A stretch of 64,000 nucleotides of DNA from an uncultured Eubacteriales bacterium. GTDB lineage: Bacteria > Bacillota > Clostridia > Christensenellales > CAG-138. The translations under genes were made by a program, and so were the position numbers. The notes below the pieces were generated by a model. That model saw only the letters and a list, made by a program, of their open reading frames with translations, did not search any database and was not told the DNA's origin. The DNA is taken from contig OW818651.1 of assembly GCA_942492885.1 (NCBI GenBank), positions 2,306,959 through 2,370,958 on the forward strand. The letters are read 5' to 3'. This document shows positions 1 through 8,966 of the stretch, in pieces. How positions within the stretch are numbered: the first letter of the stretch is position 1; every line of letters begins with the position of its first letter.

Positions 1-1
1 A

Positions 2-1234
2 GCGGAGTTCATCAAATTCCGCGCGCTGCTGAAAAAGTTCTATCCGCACGTTGCCAAAGCCTGTAGTTATGAAGAGATCGGGCCAAGCGGTGTGCTGTTC
101 CACCTAAAAGGGAAAAGCGCGGAGAAACCCTCTGTGTTCATGTCGCATTACGACGTGGTGCCCGTCAACGAGGAGCAGTGGACAAAGCCCGCGTTTGAGG
201 GTCTTATCGAGGATGGCATCCTCTGGGGACGCGGCACGCTGGACACAAAGGGAACCTTGTTGGGTGTCATGGAAGCCGCGGAGCATCTGCTCAAGGGTGG
301 ATTCGTGCCGGAGAACGACATGTATTTCGCCTTTGCGGGAGATGAAGAGGTCGCCGGAAAATCGCAGCCTGTGATCGTGGAGACCATGCGCGCGCGCGGC
401 ATCGTGCCCGCGCTGGTACTGGACGAGGGCGGCGCGGTCGTTGAGGGAATCTTCCCCGGCGTCAAGCAGCCCTGCGCCCTGATCGGCATTGCGGAAAAAG
501 GACTCATGGACGTGCAGTTCGTCATCGAAGGAGCGGGCGGACACGCCTCCGCGCCGCCGCCGCACACGGGAATAGGGCGCCTTGCCGCCGCCGTCACGCG
601 CATTGAGGGAAAACCGTTCCCGGTGACGCTGACCAAGCCCGTCGCGGAGATGTTTGATACACTGGGCCGCCGTTCGTCGTTTGTCTACAAACTGATCTTC
701 GCAAACCTCTGGTGTTTCCTGCCCGTGTTGGACGCGATGTGTAAGAAATCCGGCGGCGAACTCAACGCCATGATGCGCACCACCTGCGCGTTTACCATGG
801 CGGAGGGCAGCAAGGCCAGCAATGTCCTTCCCCCGCACGCACGAATGGTCGCAAACCTGCGCATCATCAGCGGCAGCACCTGCCAAAGCACGCTCGATCG
901 CCTGAAAACGCTCGTTGCAGACGAGGGAATCACCGCGAGCATCCTGCACGGAACCGATCCCTGCAGCATCTCGCGCACGGAGGGTTACGGCTGGGAGAAG
1001 CTCACGCATGCGATTGCCGAGACATGGCCGAGCGCTGAGGTTTCGCCGTATCTGATGTTTGCCGCTTCCGACTCGCGCCATTACTCAGCGATTTCGGAGA
1101 ACGTCTACCGCTTCTCCACCATGGAACTCACAAAAGAGGAGCGCGGTGGCATTCACGGCCACGACGAGCGCATTCCGCTCACCAAGATCGTCAAGACGGT
1201 GCAATTCTACGTTCGTCTGATGCGTAACCTGTAA
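2..1234 (+). CDS. M20 family metallopeptidase (carboxypeptidase-like), N-terminus cut by window edge
   Basis: Frame is open from nt 2 (AEFIKFRALLKKFYPHV...), so the track start at 92 is internal. Motifs HYDVVPV, WGRGTLDTKG, AGDEEV and LDEGG are typical of M20 dinuclear-metal peptidases. Stop at 1232-1234 is followed by a hairpin terminator. Confidence 0.8.
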   Translation, partial: AEFIKFRALLKKFYPHVAKACSYEEIGPSGVLFHLKGKSAEKPSVFMSHYDVVPVNEEQWTKPAFEGLIEDGILWGRGTLDTKGTLLGVMEAAEHLLKGGFVPENDMYFAFAGDEEVAGKSQPVIVETMRARGIVPALVLDEGGAVVEGIFPGVKQPCALIGIAEKGLMDVQFVIEGAGGHASAPPPHTGIGRLAAAVTRIEGKPFPVTLTKPVAEMFDTLGRRSSFVYKLIFANLWCFLPVLDAMCKKSGGELNAMMRTTCAFTMAEGSKASNVLPPHARMVANLRIISGSTCQSTLDRLKTLVADEGITASILHGTDPCSISRTEGYGWEKLTHAIAETWPSAEVSPYLMFAASDSRHYSAISENVYRFSTMELTKEERGGIHGHDERIPLTKIVKTVQFYVRLMRNL

Positions 1235-1254
1235 ACGCAACGCAAGAGACACAA

Positions 1255-1282
1255 ACGCCGCCCTGCCGGGCGGCGTTTTTTG
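1255..1282 (+). terminator. Rho-independent terminator between convergent genes
   Basis: 8-bp GC stem CGCCGCCC (1256-1263) / GGGCGGCG (1268-1275), loop TGCC, then a T-run at 1276-1281. Confidence 0.7.
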
Positions 1283-1385
1283 TATCAATGCGCATACTGC
1301 ACATTTTTGTGCTAAATAACGGGTTTACTGCATATAAAACTGGTAGTTTATATGCAGATGAAAGCGGAGGAATGTGCAGTTGCCC

Positions 1386-2156
1386 CTACAACTGCTTCTT
1401 CCGTATCCCCGCCATGCACAGAGCGGACTGCACGAGCGAGAGCGCGAGGCCAACCCACAGCGCGGGCAGGAAATCCGAAGCGGTCATGTCTCCGGTCAAC
1501 AGCGCAAGCCCGTCGCCCAGCCGCGGCGGAAGGAAGCGCGTGAGCTGCGGCAGCATGCCCAACGCGAAGAAGAGCGCGTATACCCCGCCCGTGAGCAGAA
1601 GCGCGTACATGCCGGAGGAGAGCGCGGAGGCAAACGCCAGTTCCAGCGTCAGCAACCAGACCCCCAGCACGTAGGCGCCAACTGCGGCGAGCCAGATCCC
1701 CGGCAGCAGCGCATCCCCCCAGAAATACGCGCTGTAACCCAGCGTGATGCCGAACGCGAACCAATAACACACGCTCCAGCCCAGCAGTACGGCAAGCAGC
1801 TTGGAGGCAGCGACCCGTCCGCGGGAAACGCCCTTACTCAGCAGGTTGATCAGCGTCCCGCTTTGATATTCCTGCGCGAAGATACCGCTAAACATCGCAA
1901 GGATCAGGATATACTCCATCATCAGGTTCTTGAAATACTGCGTCCAGGCGGTCAGCGCGGTGACCGAGATCGCGCCGAAGGTGATGCCCTGCTGGGCGAG
2001 GGATTCGCCCATCAGCGAGAGCATCCACGGTGTGAGCTTCGCCATCGCGGGGTTCATGATGCCGAAGATGCCGAACACGATCAGCAGCACCATCGCTTTT
2101 CTGGTGCGCAAGAGTTCGGTCAGCTCTTTTCTGAGCAATAACGATAGTTGTCTCAT
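1386..2156 (-). CDS. ABC-2 type transporter permease
   Basis: Multiple hydrophobic segments. Start chosen at MRQLSLLLRKEL, giving an ATGA start/stop overlap with the upstream ATPase (ATG 2156-2154, TGA 2155-2153). The longer track start at 2222 was not used. Confidence 0.7.
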   Translation of the reverse strand: MRQLSLLLRKELTELLRTRKAMVLLIVFGIFGIMNPAMAKLTPWMLSLMGESLAQQGITFGAISVTALTAWTQYFKNLMMEYILILAMFSGIFAQEYQSGTLINLLSKGVSRGRVAASKLLAVLLGWSVCYWFAFGITLGYSAYFWGDALLPGIWLAAVGAYVLGVWLLTLELAFASALSSGMYALLLTGGVYALFFALGMLPQLTRFLPPRLGDGLALLTGDMTASDFLPALWVGLALSLVQSALCMAGIRKKQL

Positions 2157-3058
2157 TCTGCCGCCGCCTCCATAAACAAGGATTCCAGCGAGGGTTCGCG
2201 TTGCTCGATCTTCAGCGGGCAAAGCCCCATGTTACCTAGCAGCGTCATCGCACTGACCATATCCGCACGCGTCGCCGTCGGGTAGATCAGCCGCGCGGGC
2301 GTATCAAACACGCCTCCTGCGCGCGCGCCGAGAAAAGCCGCTGCCTCGCCTTCCTCCGCAAACTCCACGACAAAGCCGCTCTTTGCGTGCATGGCGCGAA
2401 CCTCCTCCAGCCGCCCGCTGAGCGCGAGCCGGCCGCCGTGCAAAAGACCAATCTGGTCACAGACGCGCTCGATATCCGGCAGGATATGCGTGGAAAACAG
2501 CACGGTGGTCTCGCTGCGGATCGCGCGGAGGATGTCGATGATGTCCTTGCGTCCTGCCGGGTCGAGGGCGGATGTCGGTTCGTCGCAAATCAGCAGCTTC
2601 GGGCGGTGGATGAGCGCCTGCGCGATGCCGAGGCGCTGCTTCATCCCGCGCGAAAACCCGCCGATGCGGCGGCTGGCGGAGGCGGTCAGCCCCACGAGCG
2701 CGAGCAGCTCCTCCGCGCGCGGGCGGAGCGCATCCGGCGCAACACCGGCGAGTCCGCCGCAGAGCGCGAGGTATTCCCGCGGGGTAAGATAGCCGTAAAA
2801 CTCTGGCACGTCCGGCAGATAGCCGACGAAGCGGTTGGTGCGCGTTCCGCCGTAGGCTACCTTTTCGCCGCAGATGCGGACTTCGCCGCCGTCCGCCGCG
2901 AGCAGACCGAGTATGATCTTCATGCTTGTGGTCTTGCCCGCACCGTTTTCACCGATGAAGCCGTAGATCGCGCCTTCCGGCACGCGCAGGGAGAGATCGT
3001 TGAGCACCTCTCGTTCACCGAAGCGCTTTGTGACGCCGGTCAACTCTAATACATTCAT
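2153..3058 (-). CDS. ABC transporter ATP-binding protein
   Basis: Walker A GENGAGKTT, signature SRGMKQRL, Walker B LLICDEPTSALD. Confidence 0.9.
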   Translation of the reverse strand: MNVLELTGVTKRFGEREVLNDLSLRVPEGAIYGFIGENGAGKTTSMKIILGLLAADGGEVRICGEKVAYGGTRTNRFVGYLPDVPEFYGYLTPREYLALCGGLAGVAPDALRPRAEELLALVGLTASASRRIGGFSRGMKQRLGIAQALIHRPKLLICDEPTSALDPAGRKDIIDILRAIRSETTVLFSTHILPDIERVCDQIGLLHGGRLALSGRLEEVRAMHAKSGFVVEFAEEGEAAAFLGARAGGVFDTPARLIYPTATRADMVSAMTLLGNMGLCPLKIEQREPSLESLFMEAAAE

Positions 3059-3118
3059 CTTGGTTTAACCCTCAGTTCTAAATAAAGAATCGTCTTGCTT
3101 GCGCTTATCCATGCGGAG

Positions 3119-3376
3119 CTAGTCCTCTTTCCCGAGGATGAAATACAGAATCGGGCCTACGAACTCCATGCCCACGATGGCGACGACGAGCCACAGCGCG
3201 CGCGTGCCGCGTTTATAGGTTTTGTGGGTGAGGATGTGGCGCAGGGTGAAGCCGAGCAACACAAACTGCGCAATCACGAGCGGGATCAGAAACGGCAAGA
3301 TCTCTTTGATATTCATAACATTCTCCTTCCGGCAATCTGCGCGTGTTGCGCCTGTTTTTGCCTCTTCATGCTGCAC
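3119..3376 (-). CDS. small membrane protein, PLDc_N-like
   Basis: 85 aa with two hydrophobic helices. The C-terminal segment WLVVAIVGMEFVGPILYFILGKED resembles the phospholipase-D-nuclease N-terminal small membrane domain. Confidence 0.5.
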   Translation of the reverse strand: MQHEEAKTGATRADCRKENVMNIKEILPFLIPLVIAQFVLLGFTLRHILTHKTYKRGTRALWLVVAIVGMEFVGPILYFILGKED

Positions 3377-3432
3377 GTTAGCATATGACGCAGCGTCATG
3401 AGCAAGGGTTTTCTTGAAAAAATCACAAAAAC

Positions 3433-3460
3433 AAAAAAAATGACCCGCGTTTGCGAGTCA
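3433..3460 (-). terminator. Rho-independent terminator downstream of the GNAT gene
   Basis: On the minus strand: TGACTCGC / loop AAAC / GCGGGTCA (one G-U pair), followed by a T8 run (A-run 3433-3440 on the plus strand). Confidence 0.6.
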
Positions 3461-3477
3461 TTTGATTGGTTGGTTGC

Positions 3478-3918
3478 TTACAGCCCTATAAAATATACGA
3501 TCTCGCCGTAAAGCGTGCGCCCGTCCGGCACGAAGCCAAGGCTTTCGTAGAGCGACTTGGCGATCGCGTTCTCCGGCTCAAAGCTGATGTAGATGCTGTG
3601 GTGTTCTTCGTCCGAAAGTCCGCGGATGCGGTCGATGAGAAGCACCATCGCCTCTCTGCCGTAGCCCACACCCTGATACCGCTGGTCGATCATCAGCCGG
3701 TAGATCCAGTATTGATGATCGTCCTCGTCGAGGCAATACATCGCAAACCCGACGGGCTTGTTCTCGGCATACAGCGCGAGGGGAACGCATTCCGGCTGGG
3801 CATATGCCTGCGCGAGCGAATATTGGTTCGTCGCGACGAAATCCCGCTGCTCCGCCGAAACGGAGAGATCCAGCACCGAAAGATAGTTGTACCGGTCGAT
3901 TTCGACGAGGTGAAGCAT
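3478..3918 (-). CDS. GNAT family N-acetyltransferase
   Basis: 146 aa. Acetyl-CoA-binding-type segment RLMIDQRYQGVGYGREAM (Q/RxxGxG/A). Confidence 0.8.
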   Translation of the reverse strand: MLHLVEIDRYNYLSVLDLSVSAEQRDFVATNQYSLAQAYAQPECVPLALYAENKPVGFAMYCLDEDDHQYWIYRLMIDQRYQGVGYGREAMVLLIDRIRGLSDEEHHSIYISFEPENAIAKSLYESLGFVPDGRTLYGEIVYFIGL

Positions 3919-3955
3919 GTCTTCTTCGCTCCTTTCGCTCGCTGGAGGCGGAGGC

Positions 3956-5776
3956 TTACTCCGTCTCGATCTGCTTGGCGAACTTTGAACGCGCGTCTTT
4001 GTTTAGAAAGCGCTTGCGCATGCGGATGCTCTTTGGCGTGACCTCGACCAGCTCGTCTTCCGCGATAAACTCGAGGCATTGCTCCAGAGAGAGCACGATC
4101 GGCGGTGTGAGGCGCAGCGCGTCGTCCGAACCGGAGGCACGCATGTTGGTGACGTGCTTCTTCTTGCAGACGTTGACCACGATGTCTCCCGCGCGCGCGT
4201 TTTCGCCGACGACCTGCCCTTCATAGACAGGGATGCCGGAACCGACGAAGAGTTTTCCGCGATCCTGCGTGTTAAACAGGCCGTAGCCGGAGGTGTCTCC
4301 CGTCTCGTGGGCGACCAGCGAACCCGTCTTGCGCTCCTCGATGGGTCCACGATAGGATTCGTATTCGTGGAAGACGTGGCTCATCACGCCGTTGCCGCGT
4401 GTATCGGTCAAAAGCTCCGAGCGATAGCCCATCAGCCCGCGTGCAGGCACGAGGAACTGAAGACGCACGCTGTTGTCGCCCTGATTGGTCATGTCCTGCA
4501 GCTCCGCTTTGCGCTGGCCGAGTTTCTCCATGACCGCGCCGACATAGTCCACCGGCACGTCGATGGTGAGCTCTTCAATCGGCTCAAGCACGTTTCCGTT
4601 GTCATCCCTGTGGAAGATGACCTTCGGGCGGGAGACCGCAAATTCATAGCCCTGACGGCGCATGGTCTCGATGAGAATCGAAAGATGCAGCTCGCCTCTG
4701 CCGCTGACGCGGAAGGAGTCGGTGGCTTCCGTCTCTTCCACGCGCATGGAGATGTTGGTCTTCACTTCGTTAAACAGCCTATCGCGCAGGTTGCGGCCTG
4801 TGACATATTTGCCCTCGCGTCCCGCAAACGGGCTGTCGTTGAGCATGAACATCATGCTGACCGTCGGCTCGTCGATGTGCACAAACGGCAGCGGCTCAAT
4901 GCAGTTCGGGTCGCAGACGGTCTCGCCGACGTTGAGGAACTCCATACCCGCCACGCAGATGATGTCTCCACAAGGGGCTTCGTCTACCTCGACGCGCTTG
5001 AGTCCTTCATAGCGATAGAGCCGCGTGATCTTCGTTTCTACCTTGCGGTTGTCTTCACCGCCGCAAATGACGACAGGCATGCCTTTTTTCGCCGTGCCGC
5101 GTTCGATGCGGCCCACGCCGATGCGTCCGACGTAATCATCATAATCGATGGAGGAAAACAGGATCTGCAGCGGCTCGTCCGGCTGGAAACGCGGCGCGGG
5201 AATCGCGCTGACGATCGTGTCAAAGAGCGCGACCATGTTGTTTTCCATGGTATCCGGCGTGTGTCCGCTCATGTTGTCGCGCGCGCTGGCGTAGACAACA
5301 GGGAAATCCAGCTGGTCTGCCGTTGCGCCAAGCTCGATGAAGAGCTCCAGCGCCTGATCGACCACTTCGATGGGGCGCGAACCGGGGCGGTCGACCTTGT
5401 TGACCACCAGAATCGGGATTTTATTGAGTTCGAGGGATTTTCTGAGCACGAAGCGTGTCTGCGGCATGCAGCCTTCAAACGCGTCCACGAGCAGCAGCAC
5501 GCCGTCTACCATCTGGAGGATGCGCTCTACCTCGCCGCCGAAGTCCGCGTGACCGGGGGTGTCGACGATGTTGATGCGCGTGCCGCCGTAGCTGACCGCC
5601 GTGTTTTTGCTGAGGATGGTAATTCCGCGCTCACGCTCGAGATCGTTGGAGTCCATAATGCGCTCGACGTCCTGTTCGCCTCTGCGCAGCACGCCCGCGT
5701 CCCGCAGCATTTGATCGACCAGCGTTGTCTTGCCGTGGTCGACATGCGCGATGATGGCGACGTTTCGAATGTCCAT
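3956..5776 (-). CDS. typA: translational GTPase TypA/BipA
   Basis: 606 aa. G motifs [21 protein letters not shown]. Overall EF-G-like layout lacking domain IV, typical of TypA. Confidence 0.95.
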   Translation of the reverse strand: MDIRNVAIIAHVDHGKTTLVDQMLRDAGVLRRGEQDVERIMDSNDLERERGITILSKNTAVSYGGTRINIVDTPGHADFGGEVERILQMVDGVLLLVDAFEGCMPQTRFVLRKSLELNKIPILVVNKVDRPGSRPIEVVDQALELFIELGATADQLDFPVVYASARDNMSGHTPDTMENNMVALFDTIVSAIPAPRFQPDEPLQILFSSIDYDDYVGRIGVGRIERGTAKKGMPVVICGGEDNRKVETKITRLYRYEGLKRVEVDEAPCGDIICVAGMEFLNVGETVCDPNCIEPLPFVHIDEPTVSMMFMLNDSPFAGREGKYVTGRNLRDRLFNEVKTNISMRVEETEATDSFRVSGRGELHLSILIETMRRQGYEFAVSRPKVIFHRDDNGNVLEPIEELTIDVPVDYVGAVMEKLGQRKAELQDMTNQGDNSVRLQFLVPARGLMGYRSELLTDTRGNGVMSHVFHEYESYRGPIEERKTGSLVAHETGDTSGYGLFNTQDRGKLFVGSGIPVYEGQVVGENARAGDIVVNVCKKKHVTNMRASGSDDALRLTPPIVLSLEQCLEFIAEDELVEVTPKSIRMRKRFLNKDARSKFAKQIETE

Positions 5777-5955
5777 TTGAGTACCTTCTTTCTAAATAAC
5801 GAAAACAAGTAATTATAAACCACGGGAGGGGGTTAGGACAAGCAATATCGCACAGTTTGCGGTTTTTTTACGATTCCTTGATCCAAAAGCAATAATTTTC
5901 TGCATTTTTGCCTCTAATATAGAAGATAATCCGTAGGGAGGACTCGTAAAAAAAT

Positions 5956-6037
5956 AATCCAAAATAATTTTAAAAGATTCTAATTTTGATATCAGTGATA
6001 TCGAAAAAAGAAATCCAAAATAATTTTAAAAGATTCT
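5956..6037. repeat. two perfect 26-bp direct repeats flanking a GATATC-N3-GATATC core
   Basis: AATCCAAAATAATTTTAAAAGATTCT occurs at 5956-5981 and 6012-6037. The second copy abuts the -35 box of the GntR-ABC operon promoter. Confidence 0.9.
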
Positions 6038-6038
6038 C

Positions 6039-6067
6039 TTGACAGCGCCGGTGTATTAATGTATAAC
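6039..6067 (+). promoter_or_regulatory. sigma-A type promoter of the GntR/ABC operon
   Basis: TTGACA (6039-6044), 17-nt spacer, TATAAC (6062-6067). Inverted repeat TGTATTA (6052-6058) / TAATACA (6081-6087) overlaps it and may be the operator. Confidence 0.65.
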
Positions 6068-6113
6068 TGTGTTAAGACAATAATACAGCGACACACGAAA
6101 GGGGGAACATGCA

Positions 6114-6500
6114 TTGGCTTGGCAATTTAACTCGAATCGCCCGATCTATATTCAAATCGTGGACGAGATAGAACTGCGCATTCTCAACGGCACTTATGAG
6201 ATGGGAATGCGGCTGCCCAGCGTACGCGATCTTGCGGTACTGGCGGCGGTCAACCCGAACACAATGCAAAGAGCACTCGCAGAACTGGAGGAAATGGGAT
6301 TGGTTACCACGCAGAGAAACACCGGACGAACGGTGACGACGGATGAAACCGCTGTCTCCCGCGCGAGGGATATCAAGGCGGACTTACTCGCAGAGACGTT
6401 TCTGATGCAGATGCAGGCACTTGGCTTAAGCCGCAAAGAGGTGCTGGAGCGACTCGCGAAGGGGGAACACAAGGAGGGGGAACATGCAGTCAATTCTTGA
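6114..6500 (+). CDS. GntR family transcriptional regulator (short YtrA-like type)
   Basis: 128 aa. Winged-HTH segment LPSVRDLAVLAAVNPNTMQRALAELEEMGLV. TTG start preceded by an AAGGGGGA RBS. First gene of an operon with an ABC ATPase. Confidence 0.85.
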   Translation: MAWQFNSNRPIYIQIVDEIELRILNGTYEMGMRLPSVRDLAVLAAVNPNTMQRALAELEEMGLVTTQRNTGRTVTTDETAVSRARDIKADLLAETFLMQMQALGLSRKEVLERLAKGEHKEGEHAVNS

Positions 6501-7182
6501 AGCAAGAGCGCTGAGCAAGCGCTACAGCTCGACGCTTGCGCTCAACAACGTCGACCTGACACTGCCCAAGGGCAAAATCATCGGTCTATTAGGGCCGAAC
6601 GGCAGCGGTAAGACCACGCTGCTCAAGATCGTGGCGGGTCTACTCACGCCCACGACCGGAACCGTGCTCGTGAACAATCAGCCCGTTGGTGAGGGGACCA
6701 AAGCGCTGATTTCCTACTTGCCGGAGCGCACGTATCTGCCGGATTGGATGACGGTGGAAGACTGCCTCGATTACTTTGTAGACTTCTACAAAGACTTCGA
6801 CATGGCACGCGCCAGAGAGATGCTCTCTCGCCTGAACGTGCCGGCAAACAAGCGCATGAAGCAGCTGAGCAAAGGCACGCGGGAAAAGATGCAGCTCGTG
6901 CTGGTCATGTCCCGCCGGGCACAGCTCTACTTGCTAGATGAACCCATCGGCGGCGTAGACCCGGCAACACGGGATTACATCCTCGATACGATCATCGGCA
7001 ACTACGACAACGAATCCACCATCCTGATCTCCACACACCTGATTGCGGACGTGGAAAAGGTGCTCGACGAGTTCCTCTTCCTCAAGGATGGCGTGATCAC
7101 CATGCATGACACAACGGACAATGTCCGCGAGGCGCAGGGCAAGTCGCTGGACGAGCTGTTTCGGGAGGTATTCAGATGCTAA
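6484..7182 (+). CDS. ABC transporter ATP-binding protein
   Basis: Walker A GPNGSGKTT, signature LSKGTREKM, Walker B LYLLDEPIGGVD. Overlaps the GntR gene by 17 nt. Confidence 0.9.
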   Translation: MQSILEARALSKRYSSTLALNNVDLTLPKGKIIGLLGPNGSGKTTLLKIVAGLLTPTTGTVLVNNQPVGEGTKALISYLPERTYLPDWMTVEDCLDYFVDFYKDFDMARAREMLSRLNVPANKRMKQLSKGTREKMQLVLVMSRRAQLYLLDEPIGGVDPATRDYILDTIIGNYDNESTILISTHLIADVEKVLDEFLFLKDGVITMHDTTDNVREAQGKSLDELFREVFRC

Positions 7183-8045
7183 AGAAATTGATGAAACACG
7201 ACTTTCGCGCGCTTTCGCGCACGCTCTTCCCGCTGCAGATCGGTATTCTCGGCGGCGGCCTGGTTGCAACACTGCTCACCGCGCTGACCATTCGCCTCGG
7301 CGAAAACAGCGCCAACGCAGGCGGCTCGGCAATGCTGCGCGCGTTGATCATGGGTATTTCCGCAAGCGCTTCCGTGCTCATCGGCGTTGCCATCATGGCT
7401 TCCGCGCTGGTGACATTGCTGCTGATTTGCTATCACTTCTACCGCAGCTTTCTTGCGGACGAAGGATACCTGACCTTCACGCTGCCGGTTTCCACCAGCA
7501 AGCTGATCTGGTCAAAGCTCCTCACAGGCATGTTCTGGTCGCTGATCAACGCGGTTGTGATCATGGTGACGCTGCTCATCTTCGCGGTGTTCGGCACCAC
7601 CAGCAGCAGCATTGCAAACATGGACGTGCTGCAGGCCATCCGGATGTTCTTCACGGAAATTCTGCCGCAGGCAAGCCAGTATGTGAATGTGCCGCTCATG
7701 GCGGTTGAGATCGTCGTCATCGGCATCCTCGGATTCGCGGCGCAGATGCTTGAGATCTACTTTGCCATCGTGGTCGGCGGTCAGGTTGCTAAAAAGCACC
7801 GCATCCTCGCGGCAATCGGTATGTATCTGCTCATCAACATGGGAGTTGGCATCATCACGACGACGTTTATGTCGCTTGTGACGTTCGGCGAAGGGGTTTC
7901 GAGCCTTGCGCTCAACACCGTGCAGGAGGTCAGCACCTTCATGACATCGGCCTTCGGCTGGTATGGTGTGCTCTTCGCGGGTCTCGCGGTACTGTTCTTC
8001 TTCTTGATCCGTTCGATCTTTAAGAAGAACCTGAATCTCCAATAA
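7176..8045 (+). CDS. polytopic membrane protein, putative permease partner of the ABC ATPase
   Basis: 289 aa with many hydrophobic segments. Overlaps the ATPase stop by 7 nt. Confidence 0.6.
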   Translation: MLKKLMKHDFRALSRTLFPLQIGILGGGLVATLLTALTIRLGENSANAGGSAMLRALIMGISASASVLIGVAIMASALVTLLLICYHFYRSFLADEGYLTFTLPVSTSKLIWSKLLTGMFWSLINAVVIMVTLLIFAVFGTTSSSIANMDVLQAIRMFFTEILPQASQYVNVPLMAVEIVVIGILGFAAQMLEIYFAIVVGGQVAKKHRILAAIGMYLLINMGVGIITTTFMSLVTFGEGVSSLALNTVQEVSTFMTSAFGWYGVLFAGLAVLFFFLIRSIFKKNLNLQ

Positions 8046-8076
8046 TCATAAATCCTGTAACGATTCTTACAGGCAG

Positions 8077-8106
8077 GGGCGGCTTCGGCCGCCCTTGTTG
8101 CGTTTT
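8077..8106 (+). terminator. probable terminator of the GntR/ABC operon
   Basis: GGGCGGC (8077-8083) / loop TTCG / GCCGCCC (8088-8094), followed by a T-rich tract TTGTTGCGTTTT. Confidence 0.55.
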
Positions 8107-8144
8107 GGCGCGGGAAATAATCAACGCCCGCATCAAAAAGCCAC

Positions 8145-8173
8145 TTGCAACGAGAAAATGATTATGGTATCAT
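8145..8173 (+). promoter_or_regulatory. candidate promoter upstream of the TetR/aldo-keto-reductase pair
   Basis: TTGCAA (8145-8150), 17-nt spacer, TATCAT (8168-8173). The tandem-repeat array lies between it and the TetR start. Confidence 0.45.
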
Positions 8174-8194
8174 CAACCTACCGAACGGTAGGTA

Positions 8195-8346
8195 GTGTAA
8201 GCGCGTGGTATACAAATTTGGTGCAACCACATAGTACACACATGGTGTAAGCACATGGTATACACCCAGAGTGTAAGCACATGGTATACAAATATGGTGC
8301 AACCACATAGTACACACATGGTGTAAGCACATGGTATACAGTCCAA
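8195..8346. repeat. 76-bp tandem duplication carrying four copies of a 20-bp box
   Basis: GTGTAAGC(G/A)C(G/A)TGGTATACA occurs at 8195-8214, 8245-8264, 8271-8290 and 8321-8340. The 50-bp stretches 8195-8244 and 8271-8320 are near-identical. Confidence 0.9.
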
Positions 8347-8369
8347 TGATCAGACAACCGGAGGAACAC

Positions 8370-8945
8370 ATGACGAAACAAGAAATCTTAGAGCATTCGT
8401 TGGCGCTCTTTATGAAAAAGGGTTACGAAGGCGCAAGCATGAGCGATATCGCCGCGGCAACGGGCATCAAAAAAGCATCTCTCTACGCACATTATTCCGG
8501 CAAGGAGGAAATCTTCTCCGCCGTATTCACAAGCGTGGTGGAGGAATACCGCGAAACCATTCAATCCCTCACCCTTCGGCGGGACGAGGAGAGCGCCCTC
8601 ACGCGCTTGGAGCGGATGTTTCGCGCGTTTCTGCGCTTTTGCCACAACAACGCGAGGATGTACTTCTGGGATCGCTACTTCTATTTTCCGCCGGACTTCA
8701 TTCAGGAGCACATGGAGCGGGAGACGAAAGAGACGCAGGGCGAATTTGTGCTGGCCATCCGGCAGGCGATTTCGGAAGGAATCACACGCGGGGAGATCCG
8801 CAAGCAATCACTTGATAGTGCCGCGCTGAGCTATTATTACCTGATGATCGGGCTTTCGATGTCGGTCAAGCTCTATGATCGCGAGGCGCTGGAGCGGGAT
8901 ATCACGCTGGCTTGGACGGGGCTTGCGCGGGGATTGAGCAGCTAA
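8370..8945 (+). CDS. TetR/AcrR family transcriptional regulator
   Basis: N-terminal HTH ASMSDIAAATGIKKASLYAHYSGKEEIF. Start chosen at ATG 8370, five nt after GGAGG (8360-8364). The track start at 8331 lies inside the repeat. Confidence 0.85.
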   Translation: MTKQEILEHSLALFMKKGYEGASMSDIAAATGIKKASLYAHYSGKEEIFSAVFTSVVEEYRETIQSLTLRRDEESALTRLERMFRAFLRFCHNNARMYFWDRYFYFPPDFIQEHMERETKETQGEFVLAIRQAISEGITRGEIRKQSLDSAALSYYYLMIGLSMSVKLYDREALERDITLAWTGLARGLSS

Positions 8946-8966
8946 GAATAAAGGGGATTGCGTTAT

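Noticed and set aside
1288-2141. Plus-strand ORFs (128 aa and 255 aa) overlapping the ABC permease gene
   Set aside because: They are antisense to a hydrophobic permease ORF that is translationally coupled to its ATPase. The sequences are Arg/Gln/Pro-rich and low-complexity.
4079-5812. 577-aa ORF on the plus strand covering the whole typA locus
   Set aside because: It is antisense to a confidently identified typA. The sequence is Arg/Ala/His/Asp-rich and low-complexity, typical of shadow ORFs in high-GC DNA, with no RBS or motifs.
8195-8346. Possible CRISPR array
   Set aside because: There are only four short boxes, and the intervening 'spacers' (30 bp and 6 bp) are themselves duplicated. 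No cas genes are present. It is a tandem duplication, not repeat-spacer architecture.
8162-8381. Two ~68-aa Cys/His/Tyr-rich minus-strand ORFs
   Set aside because: They lie entirely within the 76-bp tandem repeat. The apparent peptide repeats (CLHHVCTMWLHH…) simply mirror the DNA repeat.
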